From: Gekko japonicus
Lineage: Eukaryota
DNA length: 64,000 nucleotides
Reading direction: 5' to 3'
Assembly (NCBI RefSeq): GCF_001447785.1
Contig: NW_015169189.1
Location: 390,354-454,353 of the forward strand
This document shows positions 37,222 through 47,639 of the stretch, in pieces (position 1 is the stretch's first letter; every line of letters starts with the position of its first letter). A program made the position numbers and the translations under genes. The notes under the pieces were generated by a model. That model had not been told where the DNA came from. It saw only the letters and a list, made by a program, of their open reading frames with translations, and did no database searches.

Positions 37222-40200
37222 GTACAAGGGGATACAGTGGCTATGTGAAACTAACACAAGCCCTTGGATGCTTTTGGACTGGGTGATCCACTTAGTTCAT
37301 TACCTAATAGGTATTGTAGAAGAGGAAAACTGAGCATTTAGGTGCATTGCAATGTCACGCATACTTTGCAAATGCCCCGTTCATACCATTTAAGCTTAAA
37401 TATTATTCCACAGATATCTAGCACCTCAGTGCTGGAGCAAGGATATATTTGTGGAATAGTGCCATGGGGGTCTGGCCACATTGTACAATTAAAAGCGCAC
37501 CGATGCAACTTGGAATAAACAGTTTACCCTTTTTGCTATATATCTGTATGTACTTATTGAGTTTGGATTTTCTGTTCCCTTTCCTGCTAATCACCATCTA
37601 TTTTGTTTAGAATTTTCATTATCTTGTGATTCATCCGTTGCTCCTTCTTTATTTCTTAAAGACGTAGCCTCATATTAATTACTATTACTATGACTGACTA
37701 TGGCAAAAGGGAGAATTTTATATGAACATAGGTATAATTTACTATGCAGAGATGTAAACTACTGCTATTCTGTATCGTTCCTGTACTCTGCTGGATTAAA
37801 TGGAGGTTGTACAATAATAGGGCTTGGTGGACTGTGATTATGGTCTCTATTTCATAATTTAAAAATCAGAAAATTGTTGTTTTTTTTTAGAATTACAGCT
37901 AGATAGCATTATTTTTCCAGTGAAAAAACTTTAAATATTTTCTAATAGAGCATGGGGACAATACAAGACCTAGCCATCTGAACTAATACTAGATATATAT
38001 CCACAGGGCAGGAATGGAGTATCTCCAGGTTTGTATACAAATTTTATTTGAATCTGAAATTAATTAGAATTTTTGAAACAGTTTTGGCCATTTCAGTCAC
38101 ATTTCCTCTTACCCTAAAATGCATTTTTGTTTGTTAATTGATTTACTGTTTATCCTGAAAGCAATCAAAATTTAACACATCCAGAATTGGCCAAGGATAT
38201 TCCTAGGACTTTTTGTTTGTTTGTTTTTTGCCCAGCCATTGGCAAATTGACCCACTGTTCCTTGAACCAGGAGTCAGAAATCCCTTCTCTCTTCTGTTTT
38301 TCTGCTGCAGAAATTCCCAACAATCCCATTTGGGGGGCTCCAGAAAGGGGTAAGCGGAAGCCTTCAATCATAGTGAATCATTAAAAAAACCCTATTTCAT
38401 AATTTATTTTGAACTCAAAACCAGTTTTTAAAATGAACAATTGATTTACATCTTTTTTTCTCCTTTTTCTGTCATGTGCCATATGCAGTGGGGTTTAACA
38501 GACAGTATATGTTCCTGGGCTATCTAGGTATTGCCCTAACCAGTTTCATATACAGTTTTTTACATTTGTAACATATTTTAATTTTGTTGATAGTCACATG
38601 CATAAGATGTTGATGGGATGGTGGACAATACGCATGCAAGCATAATCTAAGTAGACATGGAATGCTAATCAGTTCTTAGTCTCTGTTTTCATGAAATCTC
38701 TATATAAATGTATGCATTGGGTCTTTCTATTACATTTCAGCAGTATATTTTGTTTTGCTTTTTAATACTGAGATTCTCCAGTACATGGAAACCGCTCAAT
38801 AGGTATAGTGCTTTGCTTAAATTTGTAAACTTTGCAATTTTTTTTATCTTCATTCCACAGAAATATTTGATCCTACCTATTCTAAATATCCAGCAAGAAA
38901 TGTTGGTTTCAGTATTGGTCTCTTTATAATACAACTATGGAATATAAACCCATTAAATAGTAGGCTGAATGCAGCAGTAAGTGGCAGAATCTTTTACCAA
39001 AGCTTGCAGATGTATTGATTTTTATTTTAATGTTTTGAATGTCTAGAAAGTATTGATTGTTTAGGATTAAGAGCAGTAGCATAGGTTTGCTATTCTGGTC
39101 ATCCTGCCTCCAATATTTGTAAAATGATGACCTCAAAACGTGGGTGGTTCTGCATTCTTTAAGTATGATGAACCACAATTTATTCAGGCTTGCATTTTAT
39201 TGCAAGAATTCTAATATGAGCTGCTCAGGTTAAAAAAACTGCTTAATATCATTTAAGTAATAAATACAACAAAGCTTTCATAAATTAAAGGGGTATTTCA
39301 TATGCAATAGCTCAGTGGAGTTAATTGAAGTCTAGGGCAAAGTCAGAGCAGTATAGTGGTAAAGAGACTGAGTTGTGAATTGAGAAATTCCTGGTGCAAA
39401 TCTTGGTTGTGCCATGCTCTCACTAGGTGACTTCAAGGAAGCTGCTGCCTCTTAGCTTTAGCACTCCCATCTAATAATGGCTTTTTCTGAACTCTCCTTT
39501 CTACTCGATAAAGAGGAGGAAATGATTCCCACTGATTCTTCCTTCCTACTGCAGACACCCAGGCCACTGCCAAGGGTTCCTCTTCTTGTTGAACCAACAT
39601 TTGTGGAGGATACAAGTACCATAGCAGGATAGGACAAGTGTGATATACTTTGAAAAAGTACTATATAAATGCTGTGGGTATTATTATTGCTCCAAAACCA
39701 TCCCAGAATGCAGGTACGATAAGAATCCTTTTTAAGGACAACAACATCAATTCTGGGTGTATTAATTGGCACACTCTATCATCTTAATTTTTGCCTTGTG
39801 TCTATCATGTGAAACTGTTTGGTCTCCAGCCCTTTACTGAAAGGGCTGACTCCAATACACTGAGCACAAGCCAAGAAAGGGAGGACAATTTAAGTTCTGT
39901 TGAAGTGCCTAGAATTTAAGTAATTTTAAGCAAATAATTTCAAAAACATTTAAGCATCTCTAACTCATTTTAGGATTGTGCTAGAAGTGTACAGACTACC
40001 CAAAATGAAGTAATGGTGTTGTGCTCCTCTATAGCATAATTGTCAGCATATATTGGGGGGCACGCCCACACACCTGATCAAGTATATATTTTTACACTAA
40101 ACTGAATTTTTTACTTTCTATAGAGTTGTAGTCTATAATAAGTAAGGCTGCCAGAAGTCTTCTAATTCAAACTAAACTTATTCCATTTCTTTCAGCTATT

Positions 40201-40783
40201 GGAAAAATAATAACCAAGTGCCTCAAGTGTTTGTTTGGTGGTATTGTTGACAACATCGGAAGCTTCAGTTTTGTTTTGTTTTTTTGCATTGTTGTCCCAA
40301 TAATCCCTTTTATTTTCCTTTCCCATTAGCTGAGACAGCAGCTTGCTTGTGTACCTTTCAGGTCTCTATGACTGGCATCAAGCCTCTTGTTGGGATCCAC
40401 TATCACACATTTATTTGTTTCCTCATTTGTTTGTTTATTTGTTTATAGTCCTCATGTCTTGCTGAGACTCAAGGGGGATTACACAATGTAAATCAATGCA
40501 TTCAACAGGATGAAATATAATTGATTGCATTAATTTACATTGTGTAATATAAATCAACAAGTGGTGACCCATGATTTTCACATGGGGGATCCCTTCCCCC
40601 TCTTAACTTCAGTCCCTCCCCATCATCACTGCCAGGGCTCTGTTGCAACTTCCACTTAAAATTAAATTTAAATTAAGCTGATAGATGGGGGAAGCTGCAA
40701 TATTTGTAGGGGGGATCCCTTCCCTCTTTTAGCTATAACCCCCCTCCATAGCCACTGCCAGTGCTCTGTCGCAACTTCCACTC

Positions 40784-41530
40784 TATTTATTTATTTCATT
40801 TATTTCATTTATATCCTGCCTTCCCCACAAAGCAGGCTCAGGGCGGCTTACACAGTTTGATGCATAAATAACAGTTAAAATCCACATCAAATCATCTAAA
40901 AACAGTTCAATTAAAACAATTCTGTATCATAAAGTGCTGGAAATAATTAATTATTATGTAACGATGGCATACTGTATGAGTGCATGCAAGATCTAATTGA
41001 ATGTTCTGCTCCATGATCTTCCTGATATAAGCGGCGGCGCAGGCTGTAGATGTCAAAGCTAAGGGCCAGGGCTCTATAATTGGGATTGTTGGTGGTAATA
41101 GTGGCAGCGGCTCCTTAGCTGAAGGCCTGGTGGAAGAGCTCCATCTTGCAGGCCCTGTGGAACTGTAAAAGATCCTGCAAGGCCCTGATCTCTTCTGGGA
41201 GCTTGTTCCACCAGTATGTAGCTGCCACTGAGAAGGCCCTGGCCCTGGTAGTAGCCAGCCTGGCATCCTTGGGACTCGGGAGGGCCAGTTGATTTTGAGA
41301 CCCTGACCGTAGTGCTCTCTGGGGTATGTATGGGGAAAGGCGGCTCCTCAGGTATGTTGGACCCTGCGCATATAGGGCTTTAAAGGTAAGAACCAGCACC
41401 TTGAAGCGGATTCGGTATGCTATTGGCAGCCAGTGCAATGTTTTCAGCACAGGCTGGATGTGCTCCCACATGGGGAGGCCCATCAGGAGCCTGGCTGCAG
41501 CATTCTGTATTGGCTGCAGCTTCTGAATTG
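40784..41530 (-). mobile_element. L2 LINE 3' end
   Basis: IQNAAARLLMG...HIQPVLKTLHWLPIAYRIRFKVLVLTFKAL...RAFSVAATYWWNKLP; (TTTA)n tail. Confidence 0.92.
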
Positions 41531-42182
41531 AATTTAAATTAAAGCTGAGGGGGAAGGCATCCTCCTTCAAGTATTGTAGCTCTTGCCCCACCCCCATCGC
41601 CTATCAACTTTAATTTAAATTTAATGTTAAGCAGGAGCTGTAATGAGCCCTGGCAGTGTCGATGGAGGGGTTAAAAAGAGGAGAGGGAAGGGATTCCCCA
41701 GGAGTATCACAGCAGCTGCCGCTCCCCCTGCATCACAGCTGCAGGTGAGCTCACTACAACTCCCGGCCTCCGCTACAAGGCCCACTGTGTTGCTGCCCCC
41801 CCACCTCAAAGCTGGCTAGCCCTGTATGGCTCCTGGCCTTCACTGCTGGGCCTGCTGAGGCTCCCTACCCCTTCACCCTTACAGCTGCTGACAGTGAGCT
41901 TGGCATAGTTCCCATCCTCCCCCACCATGACACTTCAGAACCTTCACTGCCAGGTCCACTGCAGCTCCCCAAACCCCTCCAGCTTGGCAGCTGCTGTGAG
42001 TGAGCCCAGCACTGATTCTGCCCCCTCCCCCCAGCAATCCCAACATGGCTTCTGGCCTCCAGCACCAGGCCCACTGCAGGTCCTGAACTCCCTCAACTAT
42101 TGTAGCTGCTGCCAGCAAGCCTGCTGTGGCTCCTGTCCCCCCTATCGCTGCCGAGATTACACCAACTGCTGTGTGTTGTCTC

Positions 42183-42523
42183 CAGAGGTCATTTCGGGGG
42201 GGAACGCGGGAGAATGCAGTTCCCCCGGGTGAGGTGCAAAGGGCGGGGCACACGATGAAGCCCCGCCCCCTGCTTCTGGCCGCCCCGCTTCCAGCCCTCA
42301 TTCAGCCAGGAGGAGGCAGGAGAAGAGGGAGGGTAAGTTGCTTCCTCCCCGCCTCTCCCCACCCCTGCCTGCCTGGGGCCAGGGAGGGCCTTGGCGGGGC
42401 TTCCTCGCACTTCCGCCAGCCTTGCAGGTCCATCGCCGGGCCCCTGATGTCAGGGGGTGTGGCATATGCTAATGAGTTATGCTAATGAGTTCCCCTAGCT
42501 CTTTTTCTACGAAATGACCCCTG
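42183..42523 (+). mobile_element. hAT MITE, internally deleted sibling of 33162
   Basis: Same TIRs; perfect TSD gttgtctc (42175-42182, 42524-42531). Confidence 0.92.
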
Positions 42524-43729
42524 GTTGTCTCCCATGTTTTTTTGTTTTTGTTTTTTAAAGCTTTAAGATTTTTCTGCAAACCTGGGGAGTCCTTCAAGTT
42601 TGGAGAAAAATCTCCTTTCTTTCAGTGTGAGCCTGATCAGCAGATCTAGATATTTGCAGATTGCCTACACTTGAGAAATAGATAATAGGACTAGGATGAC
42701 AGAAGTCTGAAACAAAGCATAAAGGATTAGATATGTTAAACAATCCAGAACATGGCATTACATAAGTAAAAAACAATGCAGGGAGAGCAGGATAATACCT
42801 GCAGCCAACAGGTAAATACATACACAGAAATCTAGTCCACAGTCCCGTTCCCTTTCTAAAAAGTATTTTCTTGGACTATTCCATTATAATTTAACCATAT
42901 GAAATAGCAGCTTGCATGAGATTGCAGAAAGTTCTTTAGTTTCTCTTGTTACAAAAGAACAATAAGGAGGGATGTCTTTACCATGAAACAGTTTGCTGAA
43001 ACCAATCATCATATGAATGTATTAACTGAAAAATAAATTCAATCCAGAAAAGGGAGGAGGGATCAGTTTGATTTTTCATTCCAGTTAAAAAATGCTAAAG
43101 ACTGGCATGGATCAACTCCATATGTTCTTTGGAGTTCAGATCCAAAAACACTGTGTGTGCATGTATGGGCATGTGTTTCAAACAACATTCTATTTAGATT
43201 CTATGAGAACACCTTTCAGCACATGGTTCTGGTGTGAATTGGGGTTGACACTAATCTTTCAAGTGGAGTTCTGATTCTGGGTTCTTTATTAAGCATTTTT
43301 GGTCATTGTTTTTCTTATTTATTTATTTATAATTTGACAATTTACATTCTTGATCTTTCTTTCTTCAAGCAAGGACTCAGGACAGATTACATTTGTTACT
43401 AAAAACAATAATAAAATAAACATAAATTAGCCCTAACAAAAACTCAACAAGGCAGAGGAGGGGTTTCAAGCATATGGCCTGTGGGCTGGATCTGGCCCCT
43501 GCTGGGCTCCTATCTGGCCTGCAAGCAACTGGCTCTCTGCTGCTTTCTGCTTCCTGTTCCTGCTTCCTGCATCGCATCTCCTTTTGCCCACTCTCTCCTA
43601 TTTCCTGCTTCACAGAGGAGAAAAAGAAAGCCAAGCCTCTCTTTTCTCGATTGGCTGAGGGCTCCTCCCCTTCCTCCTCCTCCTCTAGGGAGAGAGGGAG
43701 AGGGGAAGAGCCAGAGACAGAGGGAGAGA

Positions 43730-43808
43730 GGGAGTCCTGTGGCACTTTTAAGACTAACAACATTTTATTCCAGTTATAAGCTTTTGTGTGCCAGCACACT
43801 TCTTCAGA
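43730..43808 (-). mobile_element. Penelope pLTR fragment with hammerhead relic
   Basis: Minus strand ctgaaga-a-gtgtg-ctgg-cacac-aaaagctt; G12 is A. Confidence 0.65.
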
Positions 43809-44092
43809 GGGAGGGGGGAGCCAGAAAGGGCATGCCAGAGAGAGAGAGAGATGGAGTCCTATGGCAGTTGGAGAGATCTCCCTTTCCAGTTCTAACAGAT
43901 GAGGAGGGGAAGAAACCTAACAGCACAGCTTGTATTCTTTATTAGTGGAAGGGAGCAAGAGTCCAGTAGCACCTTAACAACTAACAAAATTTGTGGCAGG
44001 GCATGGACTTTCATGAGTCACTGCTCACTTCTTCAGCTACAGCTAGAATGTCCTTATATCTTGGAGAGTGAAGTGATTTCAGATGCCAAATG

Positions 44093-46839
44093 TGTTGTAT
44101 ACTGAGATAATTTTACATCAGCGCTAGCGAGGCCATACAGTCTAGCACACCTTCAGGTGCTAGAACAATAGAGGAATCGGATCCTAGGACAGACCAATTG
44201 GAGTGCCCAGATTCTAGAGGAGACCTATGGATGTGGGGTACTTCAGTCAAGGAACTCCTGACCTCCAACGATGTCCTTGCTCACTTCAACGAGTCCCTCC
44301 CGGTCGTCTTCGCGTGCGATGCCTCTCCTTAAGGGGTCGGGGCTGTGCTGGGACACCAACTGCCAGATGGTCGTGAGGTTCCGATTGCATACCATTCCTG
44401 CACCTTGTTGTTGGTGGAGTGCAACTATGCTCAGATAGACAAAGAGGCTCTGGTGATTGTGGCAGGGGTGCGGAAATTTCATTACTATTTGTATGGTCGG
44501 CCTTTTACCATTGTTACAGCCCACAAGCCTCTATTGGGACTGTTGGCTTCGGACAGGCAAATGCTGCAGATGCCGTTTCCCAGGGTGTTCCAGTGGTCCA
44601 TTTTCCTCGCCGGGTACACATATGCACTTGTATACCAGCCTGGTAAAGCGATGGGCCACGCGGACGCTCTCAGCCGCCCCCCTTTACCATCCTCTGACCC
44701 TGCTCCTGTGCACCAGATTCTGCTGATTGAGTACCTCCCCGACTGGTCCATCCAGGTAGCTGAAGTCTCCTGACACACCGCCCAGGACTGGGTCCTCTCC
44801 CGTGTTTTGGATTGGGTGGTGAGGGGATGGCCTGCCAGCCGACTGGGCACAGAATTTGCCACTTTCGTTTCCCAGTGGGACGAGCTATCAGCGCACAAGG
44901 GCTGCCTGTTATGGGGAAGCAGAGTGGTCGTGCCCGTTCCCCTGCGCCAGCGAGAACTCACAGCCCTGTACAAGACCCACCCGGGGATCGTGTGCATGAA
45001 GACTTTAGCCCGTAGTTATGTGTGGCGGCTGGGAATGGATGGGGAGATAGAGGACCACGTGAAGCGCTGCCAAATGTGCCAAGAGTCATGACCACAGCCA
45101 CCCAGGGCACCAGTGTAACCCTGGGAATCTGCACATGAGCCATTGGCCCGCCTGCACCTAGATTTCGTGGGCCCCTTCCAGGGACAACTATTTTTCATCC
45201 TGGTAGACTCATATACCAAATGGCTAGAGGTTGTTCCAGTCCCCACCACGTAATCCTGTGCCACCATCCGCACTATGTGGAGGATCTTCAGTACACATGG
45301 CATTCCCGTCACTTTGGTATCCAACAACGGGACTGCTTTTACTTTGGCTGAGTTCCAGGAGTTTGTGTGCTACTACAGAATTTGACACATCCGCTCAGCT
45401 CCCTTCCACCCAGCAATGAACGGTCAGGCAGAAAGGATGGTGAGGACAACCAAAGAGTCCATGTGCCGCATTTGCACAAGGGGACTGGGACCACTGGTTA
45501 GCAGCCTTTCTCTTCGTCCAAAAGATGACCCTGCACACTTCTACTGGCCGCAGCCCAGCAGAATTATTGATGGGATTCTTTTGAACTATGGTGCTGGAGA
45601 AGACTCTTGAGAGTCCCTTGGACTGCAAGAAGATCAAATCAGTCAATCCTAAAAGAAATCAACCCTGACTGTTCCCTGGAAGGCCAGATAATGAAACTGA
45701 AGCTCAAATACTTTGGCCACCAAATGAGAAGGGAGCACTCACTGGAGAAGACCCTGATGCTGGGAAAGATTGAAGGTCAAAGAAGACGGGGACGGCAAAG
45801 GATGAGATGGTTAGACAGTGCCATCGATGCAACAAACATGAAATTGACCAAACTTCAGAGGACGGCGGAAGACAGGAAGGCCTGGCGTGATCTGGTCCAT
45901 GGGGTCGCGAAGAGTCGGACTTGACTGTGCAACTGAACAACAACAACAAAAAGGCACCACACAACCTGGCTGGATCGCCTACACTCAGATCGGGGCCCTG
46001 ATCACACCTTGGTCCTGGAGTACCAGGATGCCCCACGCGGGTTCTTCCCAGAAGACCCCGTGTATGTGAAGAACTTCTCTCAGGGTCCAGCATGGATCCC
46101 GGCCAGGGTTGTGAGGGTGATGGGACCACTATTGTACAAGGTCTCTACGGAAGAGGGCCAGTTGCTCTGGAGGCACATGGACCAGCTGCGCAGGCATCTA
46201 CTTCTCGTGGACCCAGCAGAGGGTACAGACCCCGAGGAAAGTGACGAGGAATTCCAGACCCCCGGGGAACAAGAGCCTGAGGGCAATACACCGGCCCTCA
46301 GAGAACAGCAGGTACCCAGCGTGCAATTCCCCAAGAGAGCCAGCCAAGCACAGGACCCAGCAACACCAGGGGAGGCCGTTCCAGGGCCTGCCCCCACCTG
46401 AAAGGGCAGTGGAAGCCCCCGACGTAAGCCAAGGGCCCTCAGTGCCACTGGCAGAGCTTCGCCACTCGACTTGTGAGCAAAGACGACCGGTGTATCTCAG
46501 AGACTATGTAAGTTAGGGCCTCTGGACTATGAGGGGAGGGGTGTTGTATACTGAGATAATTACATCAGTGCTAGCGAGGCCTTCTAGCCTTCAGGTGCTA
46601 GAACAATAAAGGAATCAGATCCTAGGACAGACCAATTGGAGTGCCCGCATTCTAGAGGAGACCTATGATGGACTCCTCCACTGTAAATAGCCTATCACTG
46701 GTGTTGGGGTGGGTGTTGGGTGTGGGGTACTGCAGGGATATAAGCAGGGCTCGGACCTCACTAGTTCATCTTTCATTTTGCTTGCTTAATAAAACATGAG
46801 CTGACCACTACTCAATGCCTCCAAACTCAGTACTTTACA
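44093..46839 (+). mobile_element. Internally deleted Gypsy LTR retrotransposon (RNase H plus integrase retained)
   Basis: TG...CA ends; 5-bp TSD aaatg (44088-44092, 46840-46844); partial 5' LTR 44093-44246; PPT gaggggagggg 46531-46541; 3' LTR 46542-46839; RNase H NYAQIDKEAL; integrase HPGIVCMK...CQMCQ, LHLDFVGP, NGQAERMV; stops present. Confidence 0.93.
45574..45950 (+). mobile_element. BovB LINE 3' end inserted in the Gypsy integrase
   Basis: RVPWTARRSNQSILKEINP...LKYFGH...LEKTLMLGKIEGQRRRGRQRMRWLD; (CAA)n tail; interrupts SPAELLMG. Confidence 0.92.
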
Positions 46840-47297
46840 AAATGACAATAACAGGCATTGATAATGAGAGAAGAAACCTAGATCTCAATTCAATCCAGGA
46901 GGATGCATTGTCTTGAGCTTCATTATCAATTGCAATTCAGCAGTCTCTTTTTCTAATCATCCTTTGAAATTCCTTTGTAAGAGAATTGCTACTCTTAGGT
47001 CAGCAACTGAATGTCCTGGAAGGTTATAATGTCCCCCCACTGGTTATTGAATGTTGTGGTTTCTAACAGCAGTAATAAAGAGTAAGAGTCCAGTAGCACC
47101 TTTAAAGACTAACAAAATTTGTGGTAAGGTATGTGCTTTTGTGAGTCACTGCTCATTTCTTCAGATTTATTTCCATTTATTCTTTGCATCCCCTTGGACT
47201 GAATCCTACTGTATCAAATTGAGACCTAGGTTTCCTGTCTCATTATCAATGCTGTACATTTATAGGGATCCAGTGTACATTACAGATACCTCTAGAC

Positions 47298-47639
47298 CAC
47301 AGGTCCCCGACCTTTTTGAGCCTGCAGGCACCTTTGGAATTTTGACATAGCATGTTGGGTGCAGCCACAAAATGGCTGCCATGAGAGGTGGAGCCAGAAA
47401 TAAAATAGCTGATGCAGCAGCTTACCTTCAGTCACACAGTGAAGATCCTTGGGCTGTGGTGGCAGCTAATGTCAAAGCAACATTTTTGAAAAATCTGCAC
47501 AGCCCATCAAATCTCCAGTGGCCAATCAGAAGCCTTGCTGGGCAAAAGCCCCACCCACTTTCTGAAAACACTTGGTGAACGCAAGGAAAGGTGTTGGCAG
47601 GCAGAATGGTGCCCGCAGGCACCACATTGGGGACTCCTA
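47298..47639. mobile_element. hAT-Charlie-like MITE
   Basis: Termini cacaggtcccc / ggggactccta; TSD-like ctctagac/ttctaggc. Confidence 0.7.

Larger units (their letters stand above)
40558..42672. mobile_element. Unclassified repeat with internal direct/inverted repeats, hosting L2 and hAT MITE insertions
   Basis: Ends caagtg...cacttg; gggggatcccttccc unit at ~40584 and ~40709, inverted at ~41650-41700; terminal hairpin shared with ~60570-60620 and ~61530-61580. Confidence 0.5.
43955..47255 (-). mobile_element. Penelope-like element 3' part (GIY-YIG C-terminus plus pLTRs), split by Gypsy
   Basis: Minus-strand ~46860-47065 reads ...PVGGHYNLPGHSVADLRVAILLQRNFKG*LEKETAELQLIMKLKTMHPPGLN*DLGFFSHY; pLTR copies at 43955-44040 and 47085-47165; inverted piece at ~47190-47255. 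Confidence 0.8.

Noticed and set aside
44345-46516. Domesticated integrase gene
   Set aside because: Multiple stops and frameshifts, second catalytic Asp appears as Asn, BovB insertion.
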